A stretch of 63,925 nucleotides of DNA, counting the filler, from Choristocarpus tenellus KU-1152 (Eukaryota; Protista; Phaeophyceae), in assembly GCA_964200185.2 (NCBI GenBank). It is 10 parts of 10 records of this genome, joined end to end, with 100 filler letters (N's around TTAATTAATTAA, not from the genome) between each part and the next. Parts side by side here need not be neighbours in the genome. Positions count along the whole stretch, not along the records: positions 1 to 9,753 come from CAXNAD020003426.1; positions 9,854 to 12,439 come from CAXNAD020026513.1; positions 12,540 to 21,625 come from CAXNAD020004001.1; 7 more parts are not named here. One strand, 5' to 3'. Shown here piece by piece: positions 1-12,711 of the stretch. Under the pieces are notes generated by a model. That model saw only the letters and a list, made by a program, of their open reading frames with translations. It did no database searches and was not told the DNA's origin. The stretch's first letter is position 1. Each line of letters opens with the position of its first letter. A program made the translations under genes and the position numbers.

Positions 1-76
1 CCCCCCTTCCCTCCTGGGCCGCAAGGGCACCAAATGCACCCCCCCCCCCAGGTTGTCAGGGGGGACTGCCCCCCGA

Positions 77-107
<31 letters not shown>

Positions 108-436
108 TTGTATCCCAGTCCAAGACCAGAAGACTTCACCCCGCGCTCCCCTTCCGCTCTGAGGACTCCGTGGTCCCGCCCAGGAACTGCCCTTGCCTGG
201 CACGAGGGAGGTGATACAGGCCTGTCTCCAGGAACGGAATCGTCCCACGTTTTCCTGGTGCTCGAAAACGGGTCTTTGACTTCCCCTGACTCTCTCACCT
301 TTCCGAGTCAAGATAGGTACGGGATTAATGACCAGACAACGAGAGGGCGTAAAGGAAAGTTCTCCAAGGCGGGTTTGGCGCTGTGCTTTGTCAAGGGGAG
401 AAGGACAAAGGAGAAAGGGGCAGGAGGATGCACCAC

Positions 437-3261
437 CTGAGACAGAAGCCGTCCTATTTCCTCTGCATGAAGAGCATCTTTCCTCTCGTTATAAACCATC
501 AGCTGCTTCAGCTTTTCCTTGTGTTTCTCAAGGTCCAGCCTGCATAGCAGGAGGTAGAGGAGAAGAGAGAAATGAGAGAGGCATTGCTTACAAGTTCATT
601 TGTCCTGTTTCAAACATGGGTTTGGTCCATGTGGGGGTGCTACTTAGGGTTAGCGTGGTTGGTGCAGAGGCTTCTCCTTTGCAAACCAGCCCACAAGGCC
701 TGTTGGGACCTGTACTGTTTTCTGTGCTGAAGGGGCTACCTTGGCCTTACTGATCACTAAAATTTCCATTTTTTTCTTCCCCTCTGTTGCCCTGTTTTAG
801 AAAAGCTACAGCAAAATCTTAATACTTTGAAATACTGTATGCATACCATTTCTGAATGCTATCCATGTGCCCTACATTTGCAAGACACTGGAACTCTCAG
901 CCGTGGCTTTTCCAACACAATGCTGCAATGATTTCAGTGCACATTCACCCAACCGACTGCCCATGAACCGGTGCTTACTTGAACGTGTACTGCACTTGAA
1001 AACCACACAATGGCGCCGACATTCAGATAACAACTGAACGGAAGGTCAACCGGATTTGACACATTGGGATAGGTGTGGCCCCAAGGAGTTTGTGTGAAGA
1101 GTCTTGGAAAGAACCTAAGGGTGGGGAGTGCCTCACACAGCACCTTAGCTCTGTCATCTCCTGGCTGACTGAAGCCTCTTTCGCAGCATCAACCTGAGCC
1201 CTTCGAAGCTCAGTGAGTTCATCCACCTGTGCCTTGGCTGCCGATAGCTCCATTTCCATCTCTGTCATCCTTGCAGTCAGAGTCACGTTGAGAGCCTTGC
1301 TCTCCTCGTCTGATCGCTGGGCGTTGGATACCTGTACAGACATTACCCTAACCTTCTCCTCTGACAAACTGGTCAGTCTTGCCTGAGCTTCTGACGTCTT
1401 CTCAGACTCTGTTGCCGCCGCCTTCATCAACTGATGTTCAGAATTTAGACAGAAGATCTCCTTTGAGAGTCCTTTGGTCCGATACTCGGCCTGCTTCAAC
1501 TGTTGTTTGATCAGATTAAAGATTTAATGCACATTGGTCAAAGAGGTGGGACCAAGGACAGGAGATGATGGTTTGCTGTGCACTATCAAACTAATGCCGG
1601 AAAAGAAGAGTAATACTGAAGTGGGTCGCTCTCTGGAAAAATAATCATGCAAGCGGAACCAAACATTCTTCAGAACAATACAGACATTATGGAGCAAAGG
1701 ATTCTAAGCATTGACTTGGCATCAACCGCTAGGCATAACCCTTGTTCTAGGAAATGGGTGCTATGGAGCAAATGGACTCTGGCGTTACATGGGCAACAGA
1801 AAATATAGAGAAAAACAGACCTAACACTGTAATGGATTTCGACTGTTGTTAAATGCCAAATCTGACTGAAAGCTCCAGGGTAAGACTGGCGGTGTTGACC
1901 ATTACCCTATTGTTCAGGGTGTGAAAAAGTTGCCTTTCCCACCTGGAACCTCAGAATGAGGTTGACATGTGTTCATCGGTGCAATACATGCACAGGGGCT
2001 CAAGGAGGGGTTGGGAAAGGCATGAGATTTCATTGGCATGGCTCTCGTTGGAGTTGAGTCTGAAAGTCGTTTTGGATCCAGAGATTTGGTATCTGGACAA
2101 AGCAGGCATTTGACAGGTTGATAACAATTTACTGCACACTATTCCAACTTCCACAGTATGACATCTATCGAGATTACCATCCACTCATGAGAGTGTACGT
2201 CACCTCTTGCACTGTGGTGGTCAACTTCTTCTCTGCCTCCTCCCTGGCCTTATTGACCTCGGTTGCCTTGGTTGCAAAGGCAATTCTCAGAGAGCGGACC
2301 TCCTCCTGAGATTGTGAGGCCAGGCACTTGCAGCGGAACACCTCCTTCATGTGACCCTGTTTGATGTCCTCCGCCTATGGTGGGGACCCACGTGGTGCAA
2401 CCAAGAGAATTATTGGGTCATAAACATGGAGTGAGGTAGGGAACCAGGGGTATAGGTGTTCAGGTGTCAAGGCAACAACGGCTTCTTTCCTACCCTCCTA
2501 CGAGACAGCAGGATCATGCCTGCAAAGTAACAATAGTAATGGAAATAGAAACAAATAGACCTGCAGCTGTCGCAAAAAAAGAAGGAAAGCTGTTTGGATA
2601 GTGGTAATTGCCATCAGACACAGAATCTACCTACCTGTACCCAACCATTTTGCCAGACATTGAGATCGTTACCTACAACATGATCAGTTTCATGGTGGCT
2701 GGCATAATCGTGGCCTATGATCCGTCCAATAGTGTCTGCTAATTTGTTCTTATTGTAGCTAGAAACCGGAATGGGCACAGGCACTCCTTGTCCCTCCTCC
2801 TGGTGCTGCTGGAGCACCTGGTCGTACCTGGTGAAGCATCTCCTCCCCTCTGATTCTAGCCCAGGCTGCAGGCTTCTCTAGTTTGGCAAATTCATGAAAC
2901 AACACACAATACCCACTATTGAGTCTCCCACGTGCTTGACACAACTGACAAACACAAACACCAGCCCTGCTGTAATATCTGATGGCCCAAGCTTTAAGAC
3001 AAAACGCCGTAGTGTCTTCCCTTGATATTTGCGCGCAGTGATTGCCCTGCACCAGGCCAGGGGGAGCTAATGCGGTGAGCACTGCAGACCCTGCTCCACA
3101 TTTCCACACCATGAAGTCCCAATGCAAGGGATGAGGACAATTTCAGGGTACTGCAAGTAGAAGAGCTAACACCGTTCTCCTCTTGGCTTCAATTGAACTG
3201 GCTGACCTTGCAGCTGCTTCTGCATGGGCTAGACTTCCTAACCTCCCCCTTGCAGCTTCAG
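437..3261 (-). CDS. Spliced coiled-coil protein, partial
   Basis: Phase-compatible AG/GT-bounded exons 2374-2204 (AEDIKQGH...TTVQE), 1499-1144 (LKQAEY...TELR) and 539-437 (LDLEKHKEKLKQLM...LLSQ). Probable further exons at 3261-3173 and 298-56. E/K/A/L-rich helical composition; no family recognised. Confidence 0.65.
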
Positions 3262-5851
3262 CTAGAACAGCTCACCTTGCCACTTGCTTTTTCTCAGCCT
3301 AGAATTCCACACCCCATTGTGCCCCGGATACTGCAGGGTTCACTTCTCTCCTCTGTCAGCTTGTCCGTACATTACTGTGTTGCCACCTCTTGTTTCAACA
3401 TTGGCCAGGGGGGCGGCTAGTCAGCCTGCAGGCATTAACTCATCCCTGTGTATTTCGGGGTCCCTCTACATAACTCGTAGGTGCATGCATCTACAAAGAG
3501 CATGTGCACAGGTAAGGTAAACGGCACTCCGCTTTGCAGCACTAATAGAACCAATGCGACTGTCGGGGCAGATGACACAACTAATTAAAAGCCACACTTT
3601 CCTTTCAAATAACTACAAGAACAAGGACATAAGATGGAGGGGATACAGGGCACAACAGCACAAGTATCAATCAATACATAGCAACATTACCATCAACAGA
3701 GTACTCTACCACTTATGGTGAGCCAACAGAGTGCACTTGCTCTGTAACCTTCTCAAGCCCTTAATCTCAGCACAACCTGGAGTTCTGTCAGTGCCCCCAC
3801 TCTCCGCCCAATTTTTCAACAATCCTAAGACCAGTTGCATCGTCTATACAACCCATACATTGCATTAGAACAAACTTGTACAGGGTGACTGTCAGGTGAC
3901 TTCAAGAACAGCAAATGCCTCCTCCTAATATCCACAATTTATTTGGATTGTTGACATTGCATCACATCCGTAATCTGGACATATCCCTTGGTGTGCTACC
4001 AGTGCTACAAGACTCTTTCGATGAAGTGATAGGGAGGGACTTAGGATCTGCTCAATGTTTGCGGTTTTACGATCCTCTACAATGGCACAGTCCAGTAGTA
4101 CAACTGGCAGTAGGATCACAAGATGCTAGAATCAGTTCTCAGTCCTCCTCAGTCCTCACTGCTGCCATTCCGGTCAACTTTTCTTGGCTGTTTTCTCATT
4201 TTCAGTGACCAGCTCGTAGGAAGCGCAACGTGTCAAGCATGAGATCACCACGCTTATGGTCGTAGTAACATACTGCCAATCTAATTTTGGTCGTGATTGA
4301 CAACCCTAGCTAGCATATCAAGTCCGTTGTCATGAAAACTAAAGCTTGATACGGTAGGCTAGCAAGCTACTCCAGCGTAGAAGGCAAGAAGAACAGCACA
4401 AATTATGGTCAAGATGTGATAAGTCGGGAGAGAGTACCAAGCATCATGACAAGACTACAAAAAAAGTTAAAGTAGCACCACCTTCATACTAGTCTATAGT
4501 AGGATCAGTTGCACATGGTCGTGCCAATACAAGACCTGTTCTGGATTTCACACCACCTACCCCAAACCATGTCCAACCGCTTGTAGCACCACCCCAGGCA
4601 ATTTCATCAACGGCCTTCCTGATCATTTTCCTAGGCCTTACCTCGGCGCGGAGACGTTTCACTAGCTCCTCGGCCTCCACGCACTTGAGGAAGCTCCCCA
4701 TCAGCCGATGTACAACATCATCAACATGGGGTGTCAACTGTCTCACGACCCCGACGGCGTTCTTGACATCCCTCAATCTCAAATAGCGATTCAGCAAGGG
4801 CCAAAGTCGCACCACCTCATCCACAACGAGCTCCGCGCTGGCCTTGCTGCTGCTCTCCACTCTGGAGGCTGTCCCCCCTTCCACATTCAACAGGGTCGCA
4901 GCACCTACCCCACCACCTACGGCGACTGAGGGGTTTGCCCCAGTCGTAACCTTGGAAGATGGAGAGTAGGTAATGAGTGGATGGGACGAGATGTGTTAGT
5001 TACGGTGAGAAATTTAATCAGAGTCGACCTTGGTGCCAAGAGAAAGTCAAGCGATAGGCAGGGCCAATGTGACGGGAGTGGGAGTAGTTGGAGAGTCGTG
5101 GGTGGGTTGAGAGGATAAGGGAGATACAAGGAGTTGTGAGTGTGATCAAGCAGAAGAACGAGTGGTCCGAAGTGCAAAGGTTGAGCAAATACACTGAATA
5201 GCTTGTGCCATTGCAATCGGTGGGCTCGACCTAATGCTTGTAGTTGTCGCTAGAAGCGGCGTTGTGCGGATAGGCGCAACCGGCGTCACACACACGCGAC
5301 ACTTATCGGGACCTACCTACCTACCTCAAGTCGCTCAGCTTGCCCTACAATAGCACGATTGACCCAGAAACGTATTTTTTCTTGATGGCTTGCATTGCCC
5401 TGACCCGTTAGTCATTCGTATCGCATTAACATCCTTCTTGGGTAGATACAGGAACCTCCCCTTCCACCGCCAGACTGCCATAAACACTGTGACACCTGCT
5501 ACCCATTCGTTCACCAACAACTCTCCACGGGAGGCGCTGAGAAGCATCAAGTGTGTTGGGCCAACAAATGAGATATTGCGCCCTCTTCCTCTCGGCTTGG
5601 ACCCAGTCACCTTTGCCTTGTATCCTTTTCTGCACCTGACCCTCGTCTCAACTTCGGTTCAAGCATCTTGCCTTCCTGCACCTTCTCTATCGCCTAAGGT
5701 TCCCACTTTCACATCCTCAACTTTGGGTTGAGTAGCTTATGTTCCCGCCGCTTCCGCATCGGCTCCGACTACCATTCTCATCCCCTTTGTAACACGCTTT
5801 AGCTGTACAACATGAAAGATATACATTGCAGAAGGCGTGCATATCGTAGGT

Positions 5852-5886
5852 GAAATGGAAATGGAAATGGAAATGGAAATGGAAAT
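5852..5886. repeat. (GGAAAT)n hexamer tandem repeat
   Basis: About six consecutive GGAAAT units, the first one partial. Confidence 0.9.
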
Positions 5887-8800
5887 CGGGTTTTCCCCAA
5901 ATGTTAATTACAGGTAGGGTTCACCAAATAAATGAAATTGGGTAGAAAGTTTTCAAATTCTGCTGCTAGCGCACGAGGTAGGGCGTGCGTGGAGCGCCGA
6001 GAAGAGAGACCTCCACCTACTACTACAACAACAGTATAGTATAGTGGTAGCATTAATAGTATAGAAAACAGTAGTACTTCAATAGTGGTGTACAGACGAA
6101 CAAGACAATCAACACAATCAACACTACTGCTACTGTCGGTTGAACTATGATGGGTAATACACACCCTCCCATCTATCTGTTGTTGTTGTGCGTGTTGTAT
6201 ATGCTCTGCATTGTGTGTTTCATGCATGAAGACGTGTGCAAAGTATCACTTGGCAGATTAATAGCACGTAGCCAAAAAAAAGTATTATAATAGTAGTAAC
6301 ACAATAGAATAAAGAAAATGTGTACGTATGATATATAGTTGGTGGTGAACATCAATCTCGCGCGTTCAGTTAGAGACCGCGCAATCTCCCCTGTACAAGG
6401 TTAATAAAATGAAGAAAAACCAAGGGGTTGTCAACACCTTGGCAGGGCCGTCGGTTACACGTATATCATATCCTGGTTGAGAATCCCGACCATCACACGC
6501 TTCTTCGTCTCTCCTGCTAACCACACCATCTACTACTATTATTTCATGCCTAACTGGTATTCTTTTGAGCGGATAGATGTCACCGAGGGGACAAGAAGGG
6601 CTGGCATTCTACTCTATATCATTAAAAGTCAGGAGATGTGTGTGTCGCGCAGTATGCAGTATGTGTGGTGCGTGTGTAATACAGCATCTATCATTGGCTG
6701 CTGCTGTACAGATCTTCACCTGTGTATGGGACAAAGCTCAATGATGCTAGCATTGCCCAAAAACGATTTTTCATTTCCAAATAATTGAATAAATGGGATG
6801 CGGACTCAAGAAGTTCTAATAGATCCTCTGTTGCCTGGTACAACACTTGAAGCCACGTCCAGTCTACCTACCAGACAACTGCTGTCAAGGACACTACAGT
6901 CAATCATTTGCCGCATAGCACAACATTCATTTTCCAGGGCAACGCTTGCTTGGATTACACTTGCTAAACAATAATATTCCTTGCCAATCGCAACACTCAG
7001 GGTTATCATTTCCTCTGTACTAATGTCAGTTATCACTCGCTATAATATTCAATTACTCTGGATGCATGCTCAACCCTCCATTTATCCATTCATTGTACAA
7101 GGCACAGGACTGTGTAGAACATTTGAGAAGCAATACTCCTTAAGCAGATTTATTAAGCAGATCACTTTTTACAACAGAGGATGGAGCTAGCTGTGGAGGT
7201 GACTCCTCGAGTGATAAAGGTGCGGAATTATGCCGGTTCTGACGAGTATGTGAAGCGGTCAAGTCGGATCAAACACACACACAGTATATTATGTTTCACG
7301 CGCATATTATCACACATCTTGTATTAAATGGTAGGGATTTACAAGGATACGATTCCACTGGTCTGGCACAATTAGGATCACAGTTTAACACAATTCTGAA
7401 CAAGAAGCCCATAGAGATACATGGGGTTGATGGTCAAAGTATCATCAAGTGTGAGCAATACAATGCTTGACTTGAGCTACTTCTCCTACAAGACAACGCG
7501 TGTGCGAGCTGGGAATTTCCCAGCTCCTCATTGTGTAAAATAGACTGGGCAACATCTTTCAATGACCGAGGTCGAATAAGCACACGGAGCAGTACTTTTT
7601 ATGGGGGCAAGCAAAATGACCCTGTCCATTGTACAGTCCTTGCCAAGCCCCTACCTGATGTATACTTAGTAGAACGTCTACAAATGTTCCACAACAGTGA
7701 TATATGTAAAAGGTTATTTCATGTTTTCATCAACCGTCTCCTGGTTGCACGGTTCAAGACAACAGCCCTGAGAACGCCATGTACTGTCTATTCATCGACT
7801 GTGCCATAGTGTGACACGATTGTTTACCAAGTATTTCCTTCCACTGTTGTTGGATGTGGGTAGTATCAAAATGGAGCAATTGAAGAACAGATGTGTTCAA
7901 AGCTGTGTTTTGGAAGAAGCATTGCTTTTGTGAATATTGATCTCTCATGCAATGTGTGTAGCATGTAATGTGTGACACAGTACATTCATTGCATTGTATG
8001 GTAAGACACATCCTCCTCTAAGACTGGGCATTTTATCATAAAATGCCCTGATACATATTTCTTGTCTAGCCTGTGGCGTTTACAGTCCAGGAGAAATCTT
8101 GGGGGCATTTCCTGAACAAAGTCTGCCGTCCAGGACAGTTCTCAGGGCATTTTGATATAGAACATTGGTTGTGCAGACAATGGATTATTTTTCACCTGTA
8201 ACGCTGAAGTGGTTTATTTATATTTATGCAAGGCGTGATATTGTCTGAGGCATGGACTAATCGGTAACCCGCTCCATCAATTCCAAGGAAGTGCACCTAG
8301 AAGGTAGTACAAGTTTATGCCTGGAAGTATGGATCATAAAATCCATCAAGAGGAATTCTGATTGAAATGGTCATCACCCATTTCTCTGTTATGCCGTGAC
8401 ATGTACTGTTTTGAGTGAGTGGAGGCCTAGAACTGCTGACTCAGGCAGAGTCCGACAATGCGATCTGTGCAACAACTCGATGGCAGTTCAAAAACTACCA
8501 CCTTCCAATTTCTCCCAGTTATAAATATTTTGGAAGTATGTAGATATATTATCCCCTGGTATATATGTATACATATGCTTCTCTTTTCCTTTGGGGGGGG
8601 GGGGGTTCTCTCAACTGTGTGGCAAAGAAAAATTTTAAGCCCTTTTTATCACNNNNNNNNNNAAATTTTTGGAATGTATGTAATTTTTTACCCCCCCGGT
8701 TTATATTTATACATTTGCTTTCTTTTTCTGTGGGGGGGGGGGGGGGTTCTCTCAACTGTGTGGCAAACGAAAATGTAAAGCCATTTCTATCACCAGAAAC

Positions 8801-9696
8801 AATTCCTGGGACGTGTGCAAAACAAAATTATACACTTTTGCTTTGTATAATAATATCTGAAGGCAAGAGATAGGCAAGAATGTGCGCACAGTTTTTTGTG
8901 GCTTTATATTGTCCCTTACCAAACGGTTTGGATTACATAAAGAAGGGGTATGTTTGTGGCAAGATCTCGCTTGTGATTGCGTGAGCAGTATACCGGAGGA
9001 AGAGCAGATACTCTTTGGCCCCTCATGTTGGATATCAATGGATTGATTAAAAGGATTCAATTGACCGTCACTACTATAATACAGTGTAGTTGGAATAATA
9101 CTTCGAATTACTATTAAGAGAACTATTGGTCGGAGTGGACGAGAAAGGACGGGGAAGGCAAGCAGAACACAACCTCACTTCAGGTTTAGCGTGAATAACA
9201 CCCGCATTTTAGTCTACTATTGGCAATGCATAGTACGTACCTACGATAAGAGAATGCCAACCACGACCGGATGCGGTACCTCATACATTTGGCACAAAAC
9301 TCACGGGTTGATGGTGAACACTCCTGAATTAAAAGGGTAGAGCATAGCACCCCTTCAAAATGTATTTCTCATGATAGTAAGACTTGAAACAGATCCTGAT
9401 GGTTATCTAATCATAGTATAGAGCTCTTACAGAAGCATTCTAGGGTAATATTAGAGGATGGGTGTGAAACTACGGAGTGACATGATGCTGCATATTATAA
9501 GATCTGCTCAGCAAGCAACAGGAAAATTACAAATAAGAAGAATGAGGGGCAGAAGCCTGTAAATGTATTCTGGTGTCTCTGGCACTACCTCTGCTGGGGG
9601 TGGTATTCTCTTAGTCACAATGAACACCCGGCTCTCAGGGATATATATAGAGAGAGCTAGATAGATACATAGATAGGTAGGTAGGTAAGTAGATAA

Positions 9697-9753
9697 ATAC
9701 ATACATACATACATACATACATACATACATACATACATACATACATACATACA
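9697..9753. repeat. (ATAC)n microsatellite at contig end
   Basis: Perfect ATAC run up to the N spacer. Confidence 0.95.
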
Positions 9754-9853
9754 NNNNNNNNNNNNNNNNNNNNNNNNNNNNNNNNNNNNNNNNNNNNTTA
9801 ATTAATTAANNNNNNNNNNNNNNNNNNNNNNNNNNNNNNNNNNNNNNNNNNNN
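9754..9853. other. Artificial contig spacer (one of nine)
   Basis: 44 N + TTAATTAATTAA (six-frame stop) + 44 N. Identical spacers at 12440-12539, 21626-21725, 25200-25299, 29293-29392, 33307-33406, 39408-39507, 55713-55812 and 61286-61385. Confidence 0.99.
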
Positions 9854-10572
9854 GGTATATGGCATACGGCAATAACGGTATAATAACAGACAAACATGCT
9901 TTCCACATCAATGTCCATTACAATGTTCATCTTCATGTTCATAATAAACATCTTTAATATTCTTATTTTTATCCACTCAATATTCTCATAAATATATAGT
10001 AATATTTATAGTATTTTATTAATATACACCAATAATGTCTCCTTAAACAAACACATTCATAGTTTACTGCTTTATTGTCAATTTTCTGTATGGTACTAAC
10101 CTAGGTTACCTCAACGAAGGTGGCGAGGAACTAGGGAAACATATCCTAAGAATCTATCGAACCCTTATACTACCTTATATATCTCTACCTCAAAGCCTAT
10201 CAAGCGTTTGGAGAGAGAGTTGTTTGTTGTGGTGGATGGTATATTTATTACAACATAGAGCAGTTAGTTGTAGTTACAATAGTTTATAATACCTTTGTGG
10301 AACACGCCTGGAAATTAGTACCCTAATTGAATCGCAAACATCAAGAATCAGGGCCAAGGAACGTAGTGTATGTACGGTACTGTTCTTGGCCGAGTGAAGG
10401 TGTGAGAATTTTAGGCCTCCTGATTTGTTGGTCGTTCCAAGAACCAGTGTCGGGTGCGAGGTGAAGAGGAAAGGTAACCTAAACTTTGAACTTTTAGCCA
10501 TCGATAGACTCCCACCACTATTCCACAAAGCACTGTGGGAATCTAGGAGATCTGGCCTTAATTTGCGTCATC

Positions 10573-11649
10573 ATGGCGGTCCCAAATGGAGGCCCTCGTA
10601 TCAGCGTAGATACCCTGGGGAACGTGTTTGCTTCCCTGGTGCTGGTGGTGATGATATGGCGTATAGGCATGCTTATGTTGTTATCACGACATCGCGCCCA
10701 AGTCGTTCCATATTCCCGTACCTCAAAAGGTGCGCGATAAATAAGATGTAACCAAGTGCGGGTATGAATGGCGCTGTTAGCTTCACCTGTAATTCTTTAC
10801 AGAGATCCTACATTGTGGTTGTTGCACACGGCTATCTTTGGTATTTTGTGTCCAACTCCTCTCCTCCGTTTACTCTGCGTAATCCAGTGGAAAGCATAGT
10901 CGATCAGGTCGGGGTACTCCAGGAACTGCTTCAGCAGACAACGAAATATCAGGACGCGAAAAAGGTTGGATGGAATGCCGGAATTGCTAATGAGGAGGAG
11001 GGAAGGAAGATGGATTTGGATGAGGGTATGGTACGTGGGCAATTTGGAGAGACGGGGACACTCCCAAGTGGGCGCGATATGATTGGCGCCGAGTCGTCAG
11101 ATCTGCCTCGACGCAAGGCGTTGATATTCACGATGGACTCTCTACAGGAAAGAATAGAAGCAGCAAAACGTGGGGGTCCAGCAGGCGAGATCAAGATTCG
11201 CAGGAGCCTGACTGAAGCATTGGAAACAATTGGGATTGAGGTGAAGGACTGCTTTCTTTGCTTTCGGGTTTATCCTTTGCTGTTGCTGTTTCCCTCTCCT
11301 AAATAGTGCTTCCTTCTCCCTTGCTCCTCACTTATTGATGCCCCCAGCTTTTGTGGATGGTTAGGATTGGAAACTACATGTAACGCCGCAAACTCTTGAG
11401 ACAGGTTGGGAATCACAGGAGTATGCATGGAAAGAGAAAAGTAATCATAGCGTGCCCATTTGCTAAGGAGGCTTGCTCCTGTCTCGGCCCCCCTCCTCCA
11501 TTGCTACTCATGCGGACCATGCAATTACCACTGTTCCACACTGCGACAGGTGGATGTGGCAGTCTCGGACAAGGATTTCTATAAAAAGGGAAGTTCCATA
11601 GATGATTACAGCATCATCATTGTGGACCCTTGGACATGGGCTGGAAAAG
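10573..11649 (+). CDS. GT18/MGAT5-like type II membrane glycosyltransferase, 5' part
   Basis: In-phase exons 10573-10729 (MAVPNGG..., TM segment VFASLVLVVMIWRIGMLMLL), 10888-11240 and 11550-~11649. The segment KALIF...GGPAGEIKIRRSLTEALETIGIEVDVAVS...IIIVD resembles, from memory, the MGAT5 GGPLGELVQWSDL...LGHDIRIS...LIYID region. Confidence 0.6.
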
Positions 11650-11858
11650 GCAGGAACAATCCCCGCTCGTCCCCCTTCCCACACCACAAAGTGTTCAATA
11701 TCTCCTGCACAAATGTTCAAGTACTGATTTCTAAGTTAAATACTAACTTGATTTATAGCAATTTAGCAGGGAGAGGATGTCTTCACTGCTGTACCCTCAA
11801 ACTACCTACAAGATTTGGTCAAATACCAGTGGAGACACGGACAAGTTATGGGCTCAAT

Positions 11859-11924
11859 CTTAGGTTAAAGTACACTGTTATCTCCCCTTCCCTTAGGTTA
11901 AAGTACACTGTTATCTCCCCTTCC
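11859..11924. repeat. 33-bp perfect tandem duplication
   Basis: CTTAGGTTAAAGTACACTGTTATCTCCCCTTCC x2. Confidence 0.9.
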
Positions 11925-12250
11925 CCCTGACACACACAGAACCACACATCACCCCCCCTGCCCCAAGCCCTTAGTGTGCTTTTCTTACGCCATGAGGCAA
12001 GCCATCTTATCTGCCACTGACGTTGGATTGTTCCTTTGAGGCTTTCTGACTTTTGCTGCCATATTTAAGCCCTGACTGCCGTCACATAACATACCCGAGC
12101 CTTTAAACCCTAACGCTAAACCTAAGCCAAGCCTTCTGTCCCTCCCCAAAGAGGGAAATCTAGGTTACAGAACCTCTCCTTGCCATAGTCATGATTATTC
12201 TACTCCCTGTGGAATTCAAATCCCAGAAATTTCTTTCTTAGAGGTGTCAA

Positions 12251-12428
12251 GAGTCAAAAGTATCTGGGGGGGGTGGTGGCTGTCCATTTGGGGTCAATTT
12301 TTTCATGTTGCGATTTTTGGGTATTTTGCTTCCATACGTTCGATGGATATTGAAAGTGCACTTTTCCTGGTTTTGGTCCAAATGGACACTCTGGTGTAGA
12401 CTCCCCCCCCCCACAGATACGTTGGGTC
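12251..12428 (+). mobile_element. MITE family A, full copy
   Basis: TIR GAGTC-AAAAGTATCT-polyG ... polyC-AGATACGTT-GGGTC; 4-bp TSD TCAA/TCAA. Confidence 0.9.
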
Positions 12429-12539
12429 TCAAATTGCCCNNNNNNNNNNNNNNNNNNNNNNNNNNNNNNNNNNNNNNNNNNNNTTAATTAATTAANNNNN
12501 NNNNNNNNNNNNNNNNNNNNNNNNNNNNNNNNNNNNNNN

Positions 12540-12711
12540 CCAAATACTTTGACCCCAATGTCCTTGTTCCAGACACACCTCTTCATACGTATACATTTTA
12601 CCTACTTCAAAACATTTTGGAGTAGGAAAAAGGCATTAAAAAAAACATGGGAAGCCAAGCCCCAAATGGTCAAACAGGACTAAACTCGTACTCTATAAGA
12701 TACTTTCACTC
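12540..12711 (-). mobile_element. MITE family B partial copy, abutting a family A terminus (probably nested)
   Basis: 12556-12711 is the reverse complement of the B left half, ending AGATACTTTCACTC; 12540-12555 is CCAAATACTTTGACCC, an A-type end. Confidence 0.75.

Noticed and set aside
3173-3298. In-frame TGA in a putative exon (readthrough, selenocysteine or pseudogene)
   Set aside because: An alternative acceptor (minus strand TTCTAG|, exon starting at 3261) excludes the stop; there is no evidence for recoding.
4489-5760. GC-rich ORFs, including a degenerate zinc-knuckle-like VTGSKPRGRGRNISFVGPTH
   Set aside because: Probably retroelement debris, but no intact diagnostic motif and no splice support.
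7431-7444. Isolated TGGTCAAAGTATCA (and GTGTCAAAGTATCG at 34473) resembling the MITE outer motif
   Set aside because: No convincing inner motif at 16 or 26 nt and no partner end; likely chance.
8525-8792. ~130-bp tandem duplication around a 10-N gap
   Set aside because: The copies overlap across a scaffold gap and differ mainly on the far side of a poly-G run, which is typical of unmerged low-quality read ends.
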